64,000 nt of DNA, taken from the NCBI GenBank assembly GCA_965261395.1, contig OZ253462.1:1824001-1888000 (forward strand), given 5' to 3'. The notes beneath the pieces were generated by a model. That model saw only the letters and a list, made by a program, of their open reading frames with translations. It searched no databases and was not told the origin of the DNA. Of the stretch, positions 17,381-31,706 are shown in pieces; within the stretch, counting starts at the first letter, position 1; each line of letters begins with the position of its first letter. The translations under genes were made by a program, and so were the position numbers. This DNA comes from Candidatus Latescibacterota bacterium. GTDB lineage: Bacteria > Latescibacterota > UBA2968 > UBA8231.

Positions 17381-20269
17381 ATGCCCCTGCTGTACGCGCT
17401 TTTCTTTCTCGTCTTGGCCCAGGCCCTTCCCGCCGAGTACAAACTGCTCCACGGCCCGGATCCCAAAGACCCCATGGCGGCCCATATCTACCAATTGGAC
17501 AACGGCCTGACGGTCTATTTAACCCAAAACAGCGAAGAACCTCGCTTCTACGCCGAAATCGCCGTTCGCGCTGGTTCCAAGCACGACCCCCAAGACGCCA
17601 CCGGCATCGCCCATTATCTGGAACACATGCTCTTCAAGGGCAGCCAAAAAATCGGCACCCTCGACTACGAAAAGGAGCAGGTCCACCTCGACCGCATCGA
17701 GGCGCTCTACGAGCAGCACTTCAGCGAGACTGACCCGGAAAAAAGGGCCGCAATCTACGCACAGATCAACGCTGAAAACCAACTCGCCTCGGCCTACGCC
17801 ATTCCCAATGAACTCGACCGCCTCTACACTGCGATGGGCGAGCGCAGCCTCAACGCCCACACGTGGGTTGAGGAAACCGTCTATAAGGTGGAACTACCAG
17901 CCAATCGCCTAGCGCAATGGGCCAAAATCGAGGCCGAGCGCTTTCACGAGCCCGTCTTCCGCCTCTTCCAAACCGAGCTGGAAACCGTCTATGAGGAAAA
18001 AAACCGCTCCCTCGACAACAAGGGCCGCGTCATCCACAAAGCCGTGCAGGAGCAGTTCTACAAGGTCCATCCCTACCGCGTCACTACGCTAGGCACAGTA
18101 GAGCACCTGAAAAACCCCTCGCTAGAGCGCATGTACGAGTTTTACCACACGTATTACGTACCCAACAACATGGCGATCTTCATTTCGGGCGACATCGACA
18201 TCGACGAGACCATCCAGCTCATCGACCGCGAATTCTCGCTCTGGGAACGCGGGGAACTGCCTCAATTCCCCAAATACAAAGAGCCTGCAATCGACGAAGT
18301 GGAACGAGTCGAGGTCAATTATCCCGGTGAGGAATACGTACTTTTGGCCTTTCGCACGGCGCAGCGCACACACGGAGACGCCGAGGCCCTGCAGATCCTC
18401 GACATGATCCTCGACAACGCCACCGCTGGGCTGATCAACCTCAACCTCAATCAGCAGCAGAAGGTGCGCGAAGCCGGCTCCTATCCCTATCTACTCAACG
18501 ACTATGGTGCCCAGTACTTGTGGGGCATCCCCAAACAGGACCAGACCCTTGCGGAAGTCGAAGCCCTGCTCTTGGAGCAGATTGACCTGATCAAGGAGGG
18601 GCAATTCGAGGATTGGATCATCCCGGCCATTGTCACCGATTTCAAGAAGAGCGTAAAGCAGGGGCAGGAAAACAACAGTTCGCGGGTCAGCTCCATGCGC
18701 GATTCGTATCTCGGGTTTGAGGAATGGAGCCACGCGCTGCGTGCCCTCGACCGCATGGCCGAGATCGACAAGCAGGACATCGTCAAAGTCGCCAATAAGT
18801 ACTTCAACGGAACGTATGTCGCCGGCTACCGCCGCGATGGCGAACAGGACATACCCGAGATCGCCAAGCCGCCCATCGACAAAATCGACATCGATGCCTC
18901 GCGCCAATCGGCCTTTTCCGCCGAGGTCATGGCCATGCCCTTTGCGGAGGTCGAGCCGGCCTACCTTGTGCCCGAGCGCGACTTCACTACCCGCGAACTA
19001 GCGGGCGGCAGCAAGCTCTACTACGCCCGCAACCCACTCAACGACCTCTTTGAATTCTCTGTCGCCATCGACATCGGCTCCCTAACCGAAAATCGCCTGC
19101 CCGTGGCCCGCGAACTGCTCGACAAGTCGGGCACCCCGCGCTTTACCTCCGAAGAGCTAAAAAAGGAGTGGTACAAGTTGGGCACCGACTTTAGGATGAG
19201 CGTCGACGACCAAGAGACCACGATTTCCATTTCGGGCCTCGACGAACATTTCGCTGCGTCGCTCGCCTTGTTATCCGAGCTGATGCACGGCCCGACCACC
19301 GACGACGCCACCCTAGCCGAGCTTCAGTCCATCATCATCGCTCGGCGCGACGACGCGCTCAAAGATCACCGCACCATCCACGAAGCTCTCTACCGCTACC
19401 ACCGCTTGGGCGACATGGCGTACTACCGCCGGGTCCGCTCCAACGAGGAAGTTCGCGCTCTGGGGCGCGAAGAGCTTATCGACCTACTCAGCAGCTTGCT
19501 CTCCTATCGCCAGACCCTCAGCTACACCGGATCGCAACCCATCGAGGACGTACAAGCTATCCTCGACCAGCACTATCCGCTGCCTGAGTCTCCAGTCGAG
19601 CCACCACCCTATCAGGTTTTGGAATTTACCCAGCCCGAAAAAACCCAGATCTACTTCTTCAACAAGGAAATGGCCCAAGCCCTAGTGAGGATCGAATACG
19701 TGGACGTGCCCTATCAAGCGGCGCTCGAGCCAGCAGTCGAGTTGTTCAACGACTACTTCTACGGCGGCATGGCCGGCATCGTATTCCAAGAGATTCGCGA
19801 AGCGCGGGCCTTGGCCTACTCGGTGGGTGCCCTCTACTTCAACGGTCGCGACAAAGCCGACTACAACTACATGGTCGGCGGCATGGGCACGCAAGCCGAC
19901 AAGACGCCCGAAGCGGTTACGGCCTTCGTCGGCCTGCTCGACGACATTCCCTCCTCGCCCGAGCGCTTTACCGCCGCACAGCTTTCAGTACTCAACAAGT
20001 ACCGCACGGAGCGGCTCGGGTTCCGCTCGGTGCTGGGGGCCGTGCGCGGCTGGGAGCGCAAGGGGCTGACCGGCGACCCACGCTCTTGGCGCTTTGAGCA
20101 GCTCCAAGCCAGCGACCTCGACGAGGTGCTCGAATTCTACCGCCAACACATCCAAGGCCGCCCCAAGCTGATTTCGATCACAGGCGACAAGAGCAAAATG
20201 GACTTAGAGGCCCTAGCAGCGCAGGGTGAGCTCGTCGAGCTAGGCCTCGACGCGCTTTTTGCCTTTTGA
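17381..20269 (+). CDS. Secreted M16 (insulinase) family zinc protease
   Basis: Inverted zinc motif HYLEH, NA.T, signal-peptide-like N-terminus, and C-terminal IREARALAY. Confidence 0.92.
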   Translation: MPLLYALFFLVLAQALPAEYKLLHGPDPKDPMAAHIYQLDNGLTVYLTQNSEEPRFYAEIAVRAGSKHDPQDATGIAHYLEHMLFKGSQKIGTLDYEKEQVHLDRIEALYEQHFSETDPEKRAAIYAQINAENQLASAYAIPNELDRLYTAMGERSLNAHTWVEETVYKVELPANRLAQWAKIEAERFHEPVFRLFQTELETVYEEKNRSLDNKGRVIHKAVQEQFYKVHPYRVTTLGTVEHLKNPSLERMYEFYHTYYVPNNMAIFISGDIDIDETIQLIDREFSLWERGELPQFPKYKEPAIDEVERVEVNYPGEEYVLLAFRTAQRTHGDAEALQILDMILDNATAGLINLNLNQQQKVREAGSYPYLLNDYGAQYLWGIPKQDQTLAEVEALLLEQIDLIKEGQFEDWIIPAIVTDFKKSVKQGQENNSSRVSSMRDSYLGFEEWSHALRALDRMAEIDKQDIVKVANKYFNGTYVAGYRRDGEQDIPEIAKPPIDKIDIDASRQSAFSAEVMAMPFAEVEPAYLVPERDFTTRELAGGSKLYYARNPLNDLFEFSVAIDIGSLTENRLPVARELLDKSGTPRFTSEELKKEWYKLGTDFRMSVDDQETTISISGLDEHFAASLALLSELMHGPTTDDATLAELQSIIIARRDDALKDHRTIHEALYRYHRLGDMAYYRRVRSNEEVRALGREELIDLLSSLLSYRQTLSYTGSQPIEDVQAILDQHYPLPESPVEPPPYQVLEFTQPEKTQIYFFNKEMAQALVRIEYVDVPYQAALEPAVELFNDYFYGGMAGIVFQEIREARALAYSVGALYFNGRDKADYNYMVGGMGTQADKTPEAVTAFVGLLDDIPSSPERFTAAQLSVLNKYRTERLGFRSVLGAVRGWERKGLTGDPRSWRFEQLQASDLDEVLEFYRQHIQGRPKLISITGDKSKMDLEALAAQGELVELGLDALFAF

Positions 20270-20275
20270 TGCCTG

Positions 20276-20304
20276 TTGACAAGAAACGCTCCGCCGTCTA
20301 GCTT
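20276..20304 (+). promoter_or_regulatory. sigma70 promoter of tRNA-Met
   Basis: TTGACA-17 nt-TAGCTT, 14 nt before the tRNA. Confidence 0.75.
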
Positions 20305-20318
20305 TTAGACACATTTTT

Positions 20319-20395
20319 GGCGGCGTAGCTCAGTTGGTTAGAGCAGTGGAATCATAATCCATGGGTCGGGGGTTCGAGTCCCTTCGCCGCTACCA
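20319..20395 (+). tRNA. tRNA-Met(CAT), elongator type
   Basis: GGCGGCGTAGCTCAGTTGGTTAGAGCAGTGGAATCATAATCCATGGGTCGGGGGTTCGAGTCCCTTCGCCGCTACCA. Lacks the initiator features (C1:A72 mismatch, three G-C pairs in the anticodon stem). Confidence 0.93.
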
Positions 20396-20435
20396 TATTT
20401 CCTGCCGCTAACTTTGGCGGTTTGTCGTTTAACAC

Positions 20436-20468
20436 AAGCCCCCGGGGGTCGCCTCCTCGGGGGCTTTT
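20436..20468 (+). terminator. Rho-independent terminator after tRNA-Met
   Basis: AAGCCCCCGGGGG-tcgcc-TCCTCGGGGGCTT followed by TT (T4 run). Confidence 0.8.
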
Positions 20469-20574
20469 CATATCTGGCTTTTTTCAAGCTGGCTGGACAA
20501 GCGCTAGTGTCCATTCCCCTGATTCGTCCTTCAGGTCGCATGGGCCACCTAGATGATGCGGCCGGCCGGCAGCC

Positions 20575-21645
20575 TCAGCCCGTTATCTCCAACAGCTCAA
20601 CCTGCCGCCCTTCCTTCCCCGCCAGATCCGCCGCCGCCAGAATCTGAACGCATTCCCTGCCGTCATACATCGTGATCGGCATCTCCTCCCCGTTGGCTAG
20701 GGCGTCGAAGAATTTGCAGAACACGCTGTATCCCGGTGGGACGAAGCTGCGGTGGAATTCTGACAAGGGTTGCCAAGCTTCGGTTTCCCTTGTGTAGAGC
20801 ATCAGCGTGGCCGGGTCGCCGAAATCCAGCTTGGTGGAGGGATGGTCGCCCCTGACCTGCACCAACGCACCTTTGTGACCGTAGATCTCGGTGGCTAGGG
20901 GAGCCCGAGTTTCCGTCTCGCTCGTATGGAGAGTTACGATTGGACCATTGGCGTAGCGGAAGACGGCGGCATTGTTGTCCTCGACCGGGAGTCCTTTGAC
21001 GCTCGAGACGCCCAGGGAAACGACGCTCTCGGGCATGCCGAACATCCACTGCATCCAGAAAGCGGAGTGGGAACCAGCGTGGTAAAGCGAGCTGCGGCCT
21101 TCCGCATCCGCGTCGAACCATGGATCGACGGGGTCGTTCTGGATTCTCTGCGCAGCGAAATCCTGGGCGCTGTACTTGTCGTGCCCGTGGCGCCGCCGCA
21201 CCTGCACGATGGGTCCGAGCACACCGGAGTCGACGATTTCCTTCATGCGCTCATGCGCAGGGGAGAAGCGCAGGTTGTGGACGGGCATGACCTGGACGCC
21301 CGCTTTCTCAGCCGCGGCGATCGCTTCGTCCGCCTGCTCGGGGGTGCGGGTGAACGGCTTTTCGACCATGCAGTGTTTGCCCGCTTCGGCGGCACGGATG
21401 ATGTGTTCACCGTGAAGCTGGGTTTCCGAGGCAATGCCAACGGCATCGATGTCATCGCGGGCGAGAAGCTCATCTAGGTCGGGGGTGAATTCGACGCCGA
21501 AGTGATCGGCGGCGGCCTGTCCGCGCTTGGCGTCGGCGTCCCAGATTGCGATGAGATCGACGCTGTCGTGTTTCTGCGCGGCGTTGCAGATGCCGTGCGC
21601 GTGACCGAACCAAAAGGAGAGCTGGGCGAATCGGATGTTTGGCAT
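20575..21645 (-). CDS. Gfo/Idh/MocA family oxidoreductase
   Basis: DIDAV, AGKHCMVEKP, LRFSP, SGVLG.I and VEDN. Confidence 0.9.
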   Translation of the reverse strand: MPNIRFAQLSFWFGHAHGICNAAQKHDSVDLIAIWDADAKRGQAAADHFGVEFTPDLDELLARDDIDAVGIASETQLHGEHIIRAAEAGKHCMVEKPFTRTPEQADEAIAAAEKAGVQVMPVHNLRFSPAHERMKEIVDSGVLGPIVQVRRRHGHDKYSAQDFAAQRIQNDPVDPWFDADAEGRSSLYHAGSHSAFWMQWMFGMPESVVSLGVSSVKGLPVEDNNAAVFRYANGPIVTLHTSETETRAPLATEIYGHKGALVQVRGDHPSTKLDFGDPATLMLYTRETEAWQPLSEFHRSFVPPGYSVFCKFFDALANGEEMPITMYDGRECVQILAAADLAGKEGRQVELLEITG

Positions 21646-21895
21646 GGTTGCTCCTTGTCTCTATCGGGGCGCTACCCCATCTGTAGATCATACTCCCAAT
21701 CGAAGAAAGTAGTGTCAAGGCCTTTTTTCGAGACCTTGTAACCTCGTCGGCGCAAACCCGTCGTCGAACGCCAGACGGACTTGCTCGCGTCGGCTACCGA
21801 ACGATATTGGCCCTTATTATCATAGTCCTGCGGATGAGGCAGTTCAGAGGATGGAGGTCTTCTGAGCCAATGCAGAATTTGATACATTCAGACCC

Positions 21896-23449
21896 ATGAT
21901 CGACGAACTGGCACAGACCTACGCGCACTATGTGGCATTGCGGCGCGAACTCTCGCTGTGGGTCGAGCAGAGCATTCGCCGCGACGGGCCGGACAGAAAC
22001 CAAGGCGGCGAGGACGAGGCCAATTTCGCGCTGGCCTTCTTTCCGCATTATCTGGTCAGCGGCGACGAGCGGATCGCGGTGCGGTTTCACTCGCTGGCCA
22101 ATGACCTCAAGGCCTGGGTTAGAGCCGAGTGCCTGCACGGGTACGAGCCCGAAGCCGAGGCCCATCACGGCACCGAGCCCTTTTTGTTGTTTCTGCCCCG
22201 CTATCTGGGACTCTTTCCCGACGACAGAGAAGCCGCCGCCCTACTCGACGACGTAGCGCACCACATCGGCAACTGGATCGAGGGTGTGCCCGCTTGGTAC
22301 GACTGGACGCGCGACGTCTTTTTGAGCTACTGGATCGGCACGCGGACCGTCGGTGGGGCGCACGGCGAGCGCGAGTTGGCCGAGCACTTCCGCTTTTTGC
22401 ACCTTGCGCTGGCCGCCTGGCGCGTCACGGGTGAGGCGCGCTACCGCGACTGGGCGCTGCGCTATGGGCGCAAGCGGGCCGAGCGGTTGCTGGCGGAGGA
22501 CGGACCGATGCCCGTGTTGTGGGATCTGGACGGGCGTGGATTGCAGCCGGAGGATTTGCAGACCCGCACAGAGCAGGGGATGGCCGCCAACAACCACCAC
22601 ATCGCCGGCGACCCGCTCGCTGGTATCGAAAATCTGCTGGCGTCGGGCGCGGTCTACGCGCTGGGCGATCTCTTTTTGCTGGAGGGCGACGATATCTTTC
22701 GCCGCGCGGCCAAGAGAATCGTCGAGCCGCTAATCGGCGAATTGCTCGATCCCTACGCCGACTCAGCCGCCGCCGCGCTCTCCTACTATCGCCGGACCTT
22801 CGCCGATTCCTCGCTGGACGACGCGATGTGTGCGGTACTGGCGCGACAACCCGCCGAGTCGGAAGCACCGTGGGCGATGGTCTTTGCCCAAGAGCGGAAG
22901 CGTCGCGAGCCGGGGGTGGGCAAACGCAGCGACATGATTTACTGGGGCCATTGGGCAGAAGACGGCTCGGTGCAGCCCTCGCGCGAGCCGAGCACGGCGG
23001 CATTGGCGCTGGGGTATCAATTGACGGGCGAGTGGACCATGGCCCGGCGGGCGCTGGGGGCGGCGGCGGCCAAATTCGCCATGGCCCGGCGGGTGTTGCG
23101 CGGCGGGCGCGAACACGCCGATATGGGCGGGGCGATTTGCTCGGTGGCCGCGGGACACGGGCGCAATTGGGGCTGCGGGGCGGTGACGGGTTGCTATGGG
23201 CCGTTGTTGATGGGCACGCGCGAGATACAGGGCGCGGTGGTGCCGCTGGTCGAGTGGGCCGCAGGCCATTTGCCCGAGCAGATCCTGGCGCTTTTGCAAC
23301 CGCCGGTTGGTGGGCTAGGCACAGCGCTGTTTTACAATGGGGGCGAGGAGCGGCAGGCGCTGGAGTGGCGCATGGCGGGGGTGGCCGATTGGCAGCGCGT
23401 TGAGCTGGCACCGGGCGAGGTGCGGGAATACTCACTGGAGGAGGACTAA
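21896..23449 (+). CDS. Hypothetical protein (517 aa), possibly alpha-helical toroid
   Basis: Long ORF with plausible composition (Trp/His/Glu-rich helices). No family recognised. Confidence 0.8.
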   Translation: MIDELAQTYAHYVALRRELSLWVEQSIRRDGPDRNQGGEDEANFALAFFPHYLVSGDERIAVRFHSLANDLKAWVRAECLHGYEPEAEAHHGTEPFLLFLPRYLGLFPDDREAAALLDDVAHHIGNWIEGVPAWYDWTRDVFLSYWIGTRTVGGAHGERELAEHFRFLHLALAAWRVTGEARYRDWALRYGRKRAERLLAEDGPMPVLWDLDGRGLQPEDLQTRTEQGMAANNHHIAGDPLAGIENLLASGAVYALGDLFLLEGDDIFRRAAKRIVEPLIGELLDPYADSAAAALSYYRRTFADSSLDDAMCAVLARQPAESEAPWAMVFAQERKRREPGVGKRSDMIYWGHWAEDGSVQPSREPSTAALALGYQLTGEWTMARRALGAAAAKFAMARRVLRGGREHADMGGAICSVAAGHGRNWGCGAVTGCYGPLLMGTREIQGAVVPLVEWAAGHLPEQILALLQPPVGGLGTALFYNGGEERQALEWRMAGVADWQRVELAPGEVREYSLEED

Positions 23450-23604
23450 TGCGCCTGTACACCTACCTGCTAAAGCTCCAACTGCTCAACGCGCTGGCCT
23501 ACCGCTTCGAGTATCTGTCCTCCATTGGGCGGAATTTGTGGATTGAGCGCCTTAGCCGTATCGAACAGCGCCTAGGCATAGAATCAAGGAGGGAGCAGAC
23601 ATGA
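23449..23604 (+). pseudogene. N-terminal fragment of an ABC-2 family permease fused to an unrelated gene tail
   Basis: TAATG overlap with the upstream stop. MRLYTYLLKLQLLNALAYRFEYLSSIGRNL resembles ABC-2 (DUF990-type) permease starts and is followed by WIERLSRIEQRLGIESRREQT*. Confidence 0.6.
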
Positions 23605-24185
23605 AACACGGGCAGCAATGTCTCATCTTTATGAGCGTTTGGGCTTTGGCAGCTTTGAGCTTGCCAGCCCCCCTTTTCGGCCAAAGCGTCGGCGAACGTG
23701 TTCGGGCGACAGGAAAAGGGGACAAAATTATTGGGACCATTCAGATGATGAACCAAAGCTCGTTTGTTCTCAAAACGTCGGGTGGTAATACTACATCTCG
23801 CTTAGTCCGAATCCGCTACAGCAATATAATACGGCTGGAGCGGAGTAAAGAAAGGGGAAACTACTGGAAACACGGTGCCAGGACTGGATTCTTGATAGGG
23901 GCACTACCAGGGGCTTTTATCGGCCTTTTCGTGGCGAACTTTTGTCTTTCCGGTAATTGTTCGCCTTCTCCTGAGGCGTCAGGTATGGCGGTGGCGGGCA
24001 CTTTTCTTTTGGGTGTTCCTTCCGCGGTTTTGGGCATGGGCATAGGTGCCCTGCTTAAGAGGGAGAAATGGGAGCCTATCCCAATCCCGTCTACGATTGG
24101 ACGCTTTCAGATCAGTCCCAAGATTAGCGTGACCTCTATTGGTGGTGATCGGTATCCGATGCTAGGGGCCAGCGTCCGATTCTGA
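23601..24185 (+). CDS. Secreted/membrane hypothetical protein with a glycine-zipper-like segment
   Basis: SD AGGAGG, signal peptide, Gly-rich TM region, C-terminal Phe, and lower GC than its neighbours. Confidence 0.8.
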   Translation: MKHGQQCLIFMSVWALAALSLPAPLFGQSVGERVRATGKGDKIIGTIQMMNQSSFVLKTSGGNTTSRLVRIRYSNIIRLERSKERGNYWKHGARTGFLIGALPGAFIGLFVANFCLSGNCSPSPEASGMAVAGTFLLGVPSAVLGMGIGALLKREKWEPIPIPSTIGRFQISPKISVTSIGGDRYPMLGASVRF

Positions 24186-24209
24186 TGCGGTCAAACTCGT
24201 CAACCACGC

Positions 24210-24392
24210 CCACGCAGAGATCCTCGAACGGCGAGACAGTGTCGCCGCATCCGCTTTGCGAGGAGCCAGGTGTCTGCGTCGGCGCTGATCTCGGAGCTGT
24301 CGGCCCGCTACCCGGTGTGCGACGTGTCCGTCCAGGAGCCCGACATCGAGGACGTGATTCGCACGGTCTACGGGCGCGACGTGGGGGGATAG
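24210..24392 (+). pseudogene. C-terminal remnant of an ABC-2 transporter ATP-binding subunit
   Basis: RIRFARSQVSASALISELSARYPVCDVSVQEPDIEDVIRTVYGRDVGG* has no start codon and no Walker motifs. Confidence 0.7.
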
Positions 24393-24399
24393 ACGCAGT

Positions 24400-24575
24400 C
24401 AGCCGGTCCTAGCTGATCGATTCAGTTTGCCGATTGGCTCGATCCGGCGTACCCAGTGCAACGGCTCCTCGACTTGGTGCGAGAACCCCATTCCGGCCCC
24501 TACTAGCCACGCCCCATCAGCGCCAGAGCGAATGACGTCTGGAACGACGACCCGGATACCCTAGGAGTTAAGAGG
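24400..24575 (+). pseudogene. C-terminal remnant of an SOS response-associated peptidase (SRAP/YedK)
   Basis: QPVL..(frameshift)..QFADWLDPAYPVQRLLDLVREPHSGPY*PRPISARANDVWNDDPD, with an internal TAG. Confidence 0.65.
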
Positions 24576-24602
24576 GTTGCGGTCGGCCTACCATTGGCCC
24601 AC

Positions 24603-24643
24603 GCAAAAGGCACTTGCGAACCGCAGTCGCAAGTGCCTTTTGC
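24603..24643. terminator. Rho-independent terminator of the atp operon (bidirectional)
   Basis: 17-bp perfect stem GCAAAAGGCACTTGCGA-accgcag-TCGCAAGTGCCTTTTGC. Confidence 0.9.
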
Positions 24644-24665
24644 TTTGCAGGTACTCCTATAAAAA

Positions 24666-25073
24666 TTAACTACTCGTGCGGAGGCGATTGAGGGCGCGTG
24701 ATAGCGCCGCTTCGGCGCGCGCTGCGTCGATCTCCTCTTGCCCGGTGCGCGCCTTGGCGAGGCGCTCCTCAGCGCGCTGGCGCGAAGACTCGGCCCGCTC
24801 AACGTCGATCTCCTCGATGCGTTCGACTGTCTCGGCCAGCACCGCGACTTGCTCGCGCCCGACCTCGACAAAGCCACCGCTGATGGCCATTTGGACCTCG
24901 CTGCCGTCCTCCTCGACAAAGCGCAACTGCCCGATCTGCAATCCGGTCAAAAGCGGGATGTGGCCGGCGAGGACGCCGAAACTCCCCTCGCTACCGGGCG
25001 CTTGCAGGCTGGCGACCTGCCCCGAGTAGGCCACCCGCTCTGGAGTGACTACCTCTAAGCCAAAGGAGGGCAT
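24666..25073 (-). CDS. atpC: ATP synthase F1 epsilon subunit
   Basis: LEVVTPER, GSFGVLAGH.P, SGGFVEV and RALNRL. Confidence 0.95.
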   Translation of the reverse strand: MPSFGLEVVTPERVAYSGQVASLQAPGSEGSFGVLAGHIPLLTGLQIGQLRFVEEDGSEVQMAISGGFVEVGREQVAVLAETVERIEEIDVERAESSRQRAEERLAKARTGQEEIDAARAEAALSRALNRLRTSS

Positions 25074-25076
25074 GGA

Positions 25077-27354
<2,278 letters not shown>

Positions 27355-27362
27355 AGCTCAGC

Positions 27363-28889
<1,527 letters not shown>

Positions 28890-28904
28890 AGATCCTCCTA
28901 CTGA

Positions 28905-29441
28905 CTAACCGGCCAGACGCGCTTGTAGGCGCTCTAGATAGGTGTTCACACTGCCGTCGAATACGGTGTCGCCGACGCGGACGACCGCGCCGCCCCGCAG
29001 GCTGGTATCGACTTGGACATCCAAGCGTACTTTGCGGCCGCTGTGGTGCTCTAAGCGCGCTTGTAGGCGCTGGCACTGCTCCTCGCTCAACGCCACGGCC
29101 GAGCGCACTTCAGCGCCAATTATGCCCTCGCGCTCGGCGACCTGATCGAGAAAATTTCCGAGTGCCGCGCCGACGATAGAGGCGCGGCCCCTGACCGCCA
29201 TGAGCCGGAGGAAGTTCAGGGTCAGCACCTCAACCTTGCCGCTGAAAAGCTCCCGCAGAACATTGGCTTGAGCTTGGCTGTCGGCTAGGGGGTTGGACAA
29301 AAACTCGACCAACTCGTCGGATTGGCGCACAGTATCCAAAAGCCGCTCGACGTCGCGCTGCACTGCCGCGGTCGCGCCCGTTTCATCGGCGGCTTCCAAC
29401 AGCGTAGCCGCGTAGCGTCGCACTACCTCGGGTGCGTTCAT
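28905..29441 (-). CDS. atpH: ATP synthase delta subunit
   Basis: RYA..L, VD.SL.GG.VVRVGD.VFDGSV, and operon position. Confidence 0.93.
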   Translation of the reverse strand: MNAPEVVRRYAATLLEAADETGATAAVQRDVERLLDTVRQSDELVEFLSNPLADSQAQANVLRELFSGKVEVLTLNFLRLMAVRGRASIVGAALGNFLDQVAEREGIIGAEVRSAVALSEEQCQRLQARLEHHSGRKVRLDVQVDTSLRGGAVVRVGDTVFDGSVNTYLERLQARLAG

Positions 29442-29463
29442 TGTCCTGCTCGCACGGTGGCGT

Positions 29464-29955
29464 TCAATTGGATTCGGGAATTTTGGCGATCAAGTCGTCG
29501 ACGAGGCCGCGGTTTTTCTCATCGTCCAAATTGGCGTCAATCAGCACGCCAGCGGCTTGGACCGCGAGATTGGCCGTCTCGCGCCGCAACTCGGCGATGG
29601 CAGCGCGCTTCTCGCTTTCAATACTGGTCCGCGCTTGGTCGAGCATCCGCTCCGCCTCTTCCCGCGCTTGGGAGACGATTGTCTGCCGCACGTTTGCCCC
29701 GGCCGCGCGAGCCTCGGCGACGATCTTCCGCGCCTCTTCTTCGGCGGCGGCGATCTTCTGCCGATGCTCCTGTAAGACCTCTTCGGCCTCTTGGCGCGCC
29801 TGCTCGGCCGCGGCGAGCGCATCGCTGATGCGTTTCTCGCGCTCGTCGAGGGACGCCAAAAGCTGGGGCCAAGCGAACTTTTTGAGGACGAGCAGCACCA
29901 CCAAAAAGGTGATGATCGTCCATATTATGAGCCCCACATGGGGATCAAGTAACAT
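29464..29955 (-). CDS. atpF: ATP synthase Fo b subunit
   Basis: GLIIWTIITF TM segment, KKFAWP, and a coiled coil. Confidence 0.94.
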   Translation of the reverse strand: MLLDPHVGLIIWTIITFLVVLLVLKKFAWPQLLASLDEREKRISDALAAAEQARQEAEEVLQEHRQKIAAAEEEARKIVAEARAAGANVRQTIVSQAREEAERMLDQARTSIESEKRAAIAELRRETANLAVQAAGVLIDANLDDEKNRGLVDDLIAKIPESN

Positions 29956-29965
29956 AAGACTTGTA

Positions 29966-31056
<1,091 letters not shown>

Positions 31057-31115
31057 TTACTGCCTTGTGAAATGTCTAAAAATAGGAGGGAATCTGTCGC
31101 AGTAATCAACCAAAT

Positions 31116-31144
31116 AAATTAATTAGGCCGCAAATTTCTGTCAA
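31116..31144 (-). promoter_or_regulatory. Internal sigma70 promoter in front of atpB
   Basis: TTGACA-17 nt-TAATTT on the minus strand, in an AT-rich spacer. Confidence 0.7.
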
Positions 31145-31148
31145 CACC

Positions 31149-31454
31149 TCACGGGCTTTTAGAGCGGGGCTTTGAACGACCTTGTAGCTTGAGTACGTAA
31201 AGGATTTCAAACACCAGAAAAAGCAAGTACGCGGCCACTAGCGCGATGACGTAACTCGCGGGGTGGAACTCGGCCCATTTGAGCGCCAATGCCGAGAGGA
31301 CCGCCACGGCGATAAACCTCGCGATCATCCCTCCGAAGAAGGCGATCATAAAGACCTGCATGCCCTTGCCCCATCCCCAGCGAATCACCGCCAGCGCGAG
31401 CGCGCCGTTGACCCCAGCGACCGCCAAGCCAGCGATGATGCTGTCCCACTTCAC
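31149..31454 (-). CDS. atpI: ATP synthase protein I-like membrane protein
   Basis: Hydrophobic 3-TM protein, G...RF and FE..Y motifs, located upstream of atpB. Confidence 0.7.
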   Translation of the reverse strand: MKWDSIIAGLAVAGVNGALALAVIRWGWGKGMQVFMIAFFGGMIARFIAVAVLSALALKWAEFHPASYVIALVAAYLLFLVFEILYVLKLQGRSKPRSKSP

Positions 31455-31693
31455 CGTCCGTCCTCCCGCTTGCGCCGCTCATCTAAGTCCATCAGCGTCC
31501 GATAGAGTTTGTAAAACCCACCCCCCGCGCCGAGCAGGGTGCCCAACAAGAGAAAGAGCGGCGTAGTTGCAAACTTGTCGTCGAGCCACCAGCCGAGAAA
31601 CACGAAGATCAGGATCGTCGCCGCGAATTGAATCCCTAGGCTGGCGTACGAACCAATACCCGCGTATGCCCCGGTCTTTTTTTTGGCGACCAT
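31451..31693 (-). CDS. atpZ: AtpZ/AtpI family small membrane protein
   Basis: LG.QFA...GWWLDDKFAT.PLF...G..LG. Confidence 0.85.
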   Translation of the reverse strand: MVAKKKTGAYAGIGSYASLGIQFAATILIFVFLGWWLDDKFATTPLFLLLGTLLGAGGGFYKLYRTLMDLDERRKREDGR

Positions 31694-31706
31694 ATTTTCT
31701 ACGAGC

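Noticed and set aside
21740-21895. Possible further gene fragments upstream of the 517-aa ORF
   Set aside because: Short coding-like stretches, but no family I could recognise.
20370-24600. attL/attR direct repeat bounding the tRNA-Met islet
   Set aside because: No convincing copy of the tRNA 3' end was found near 24400-24600.
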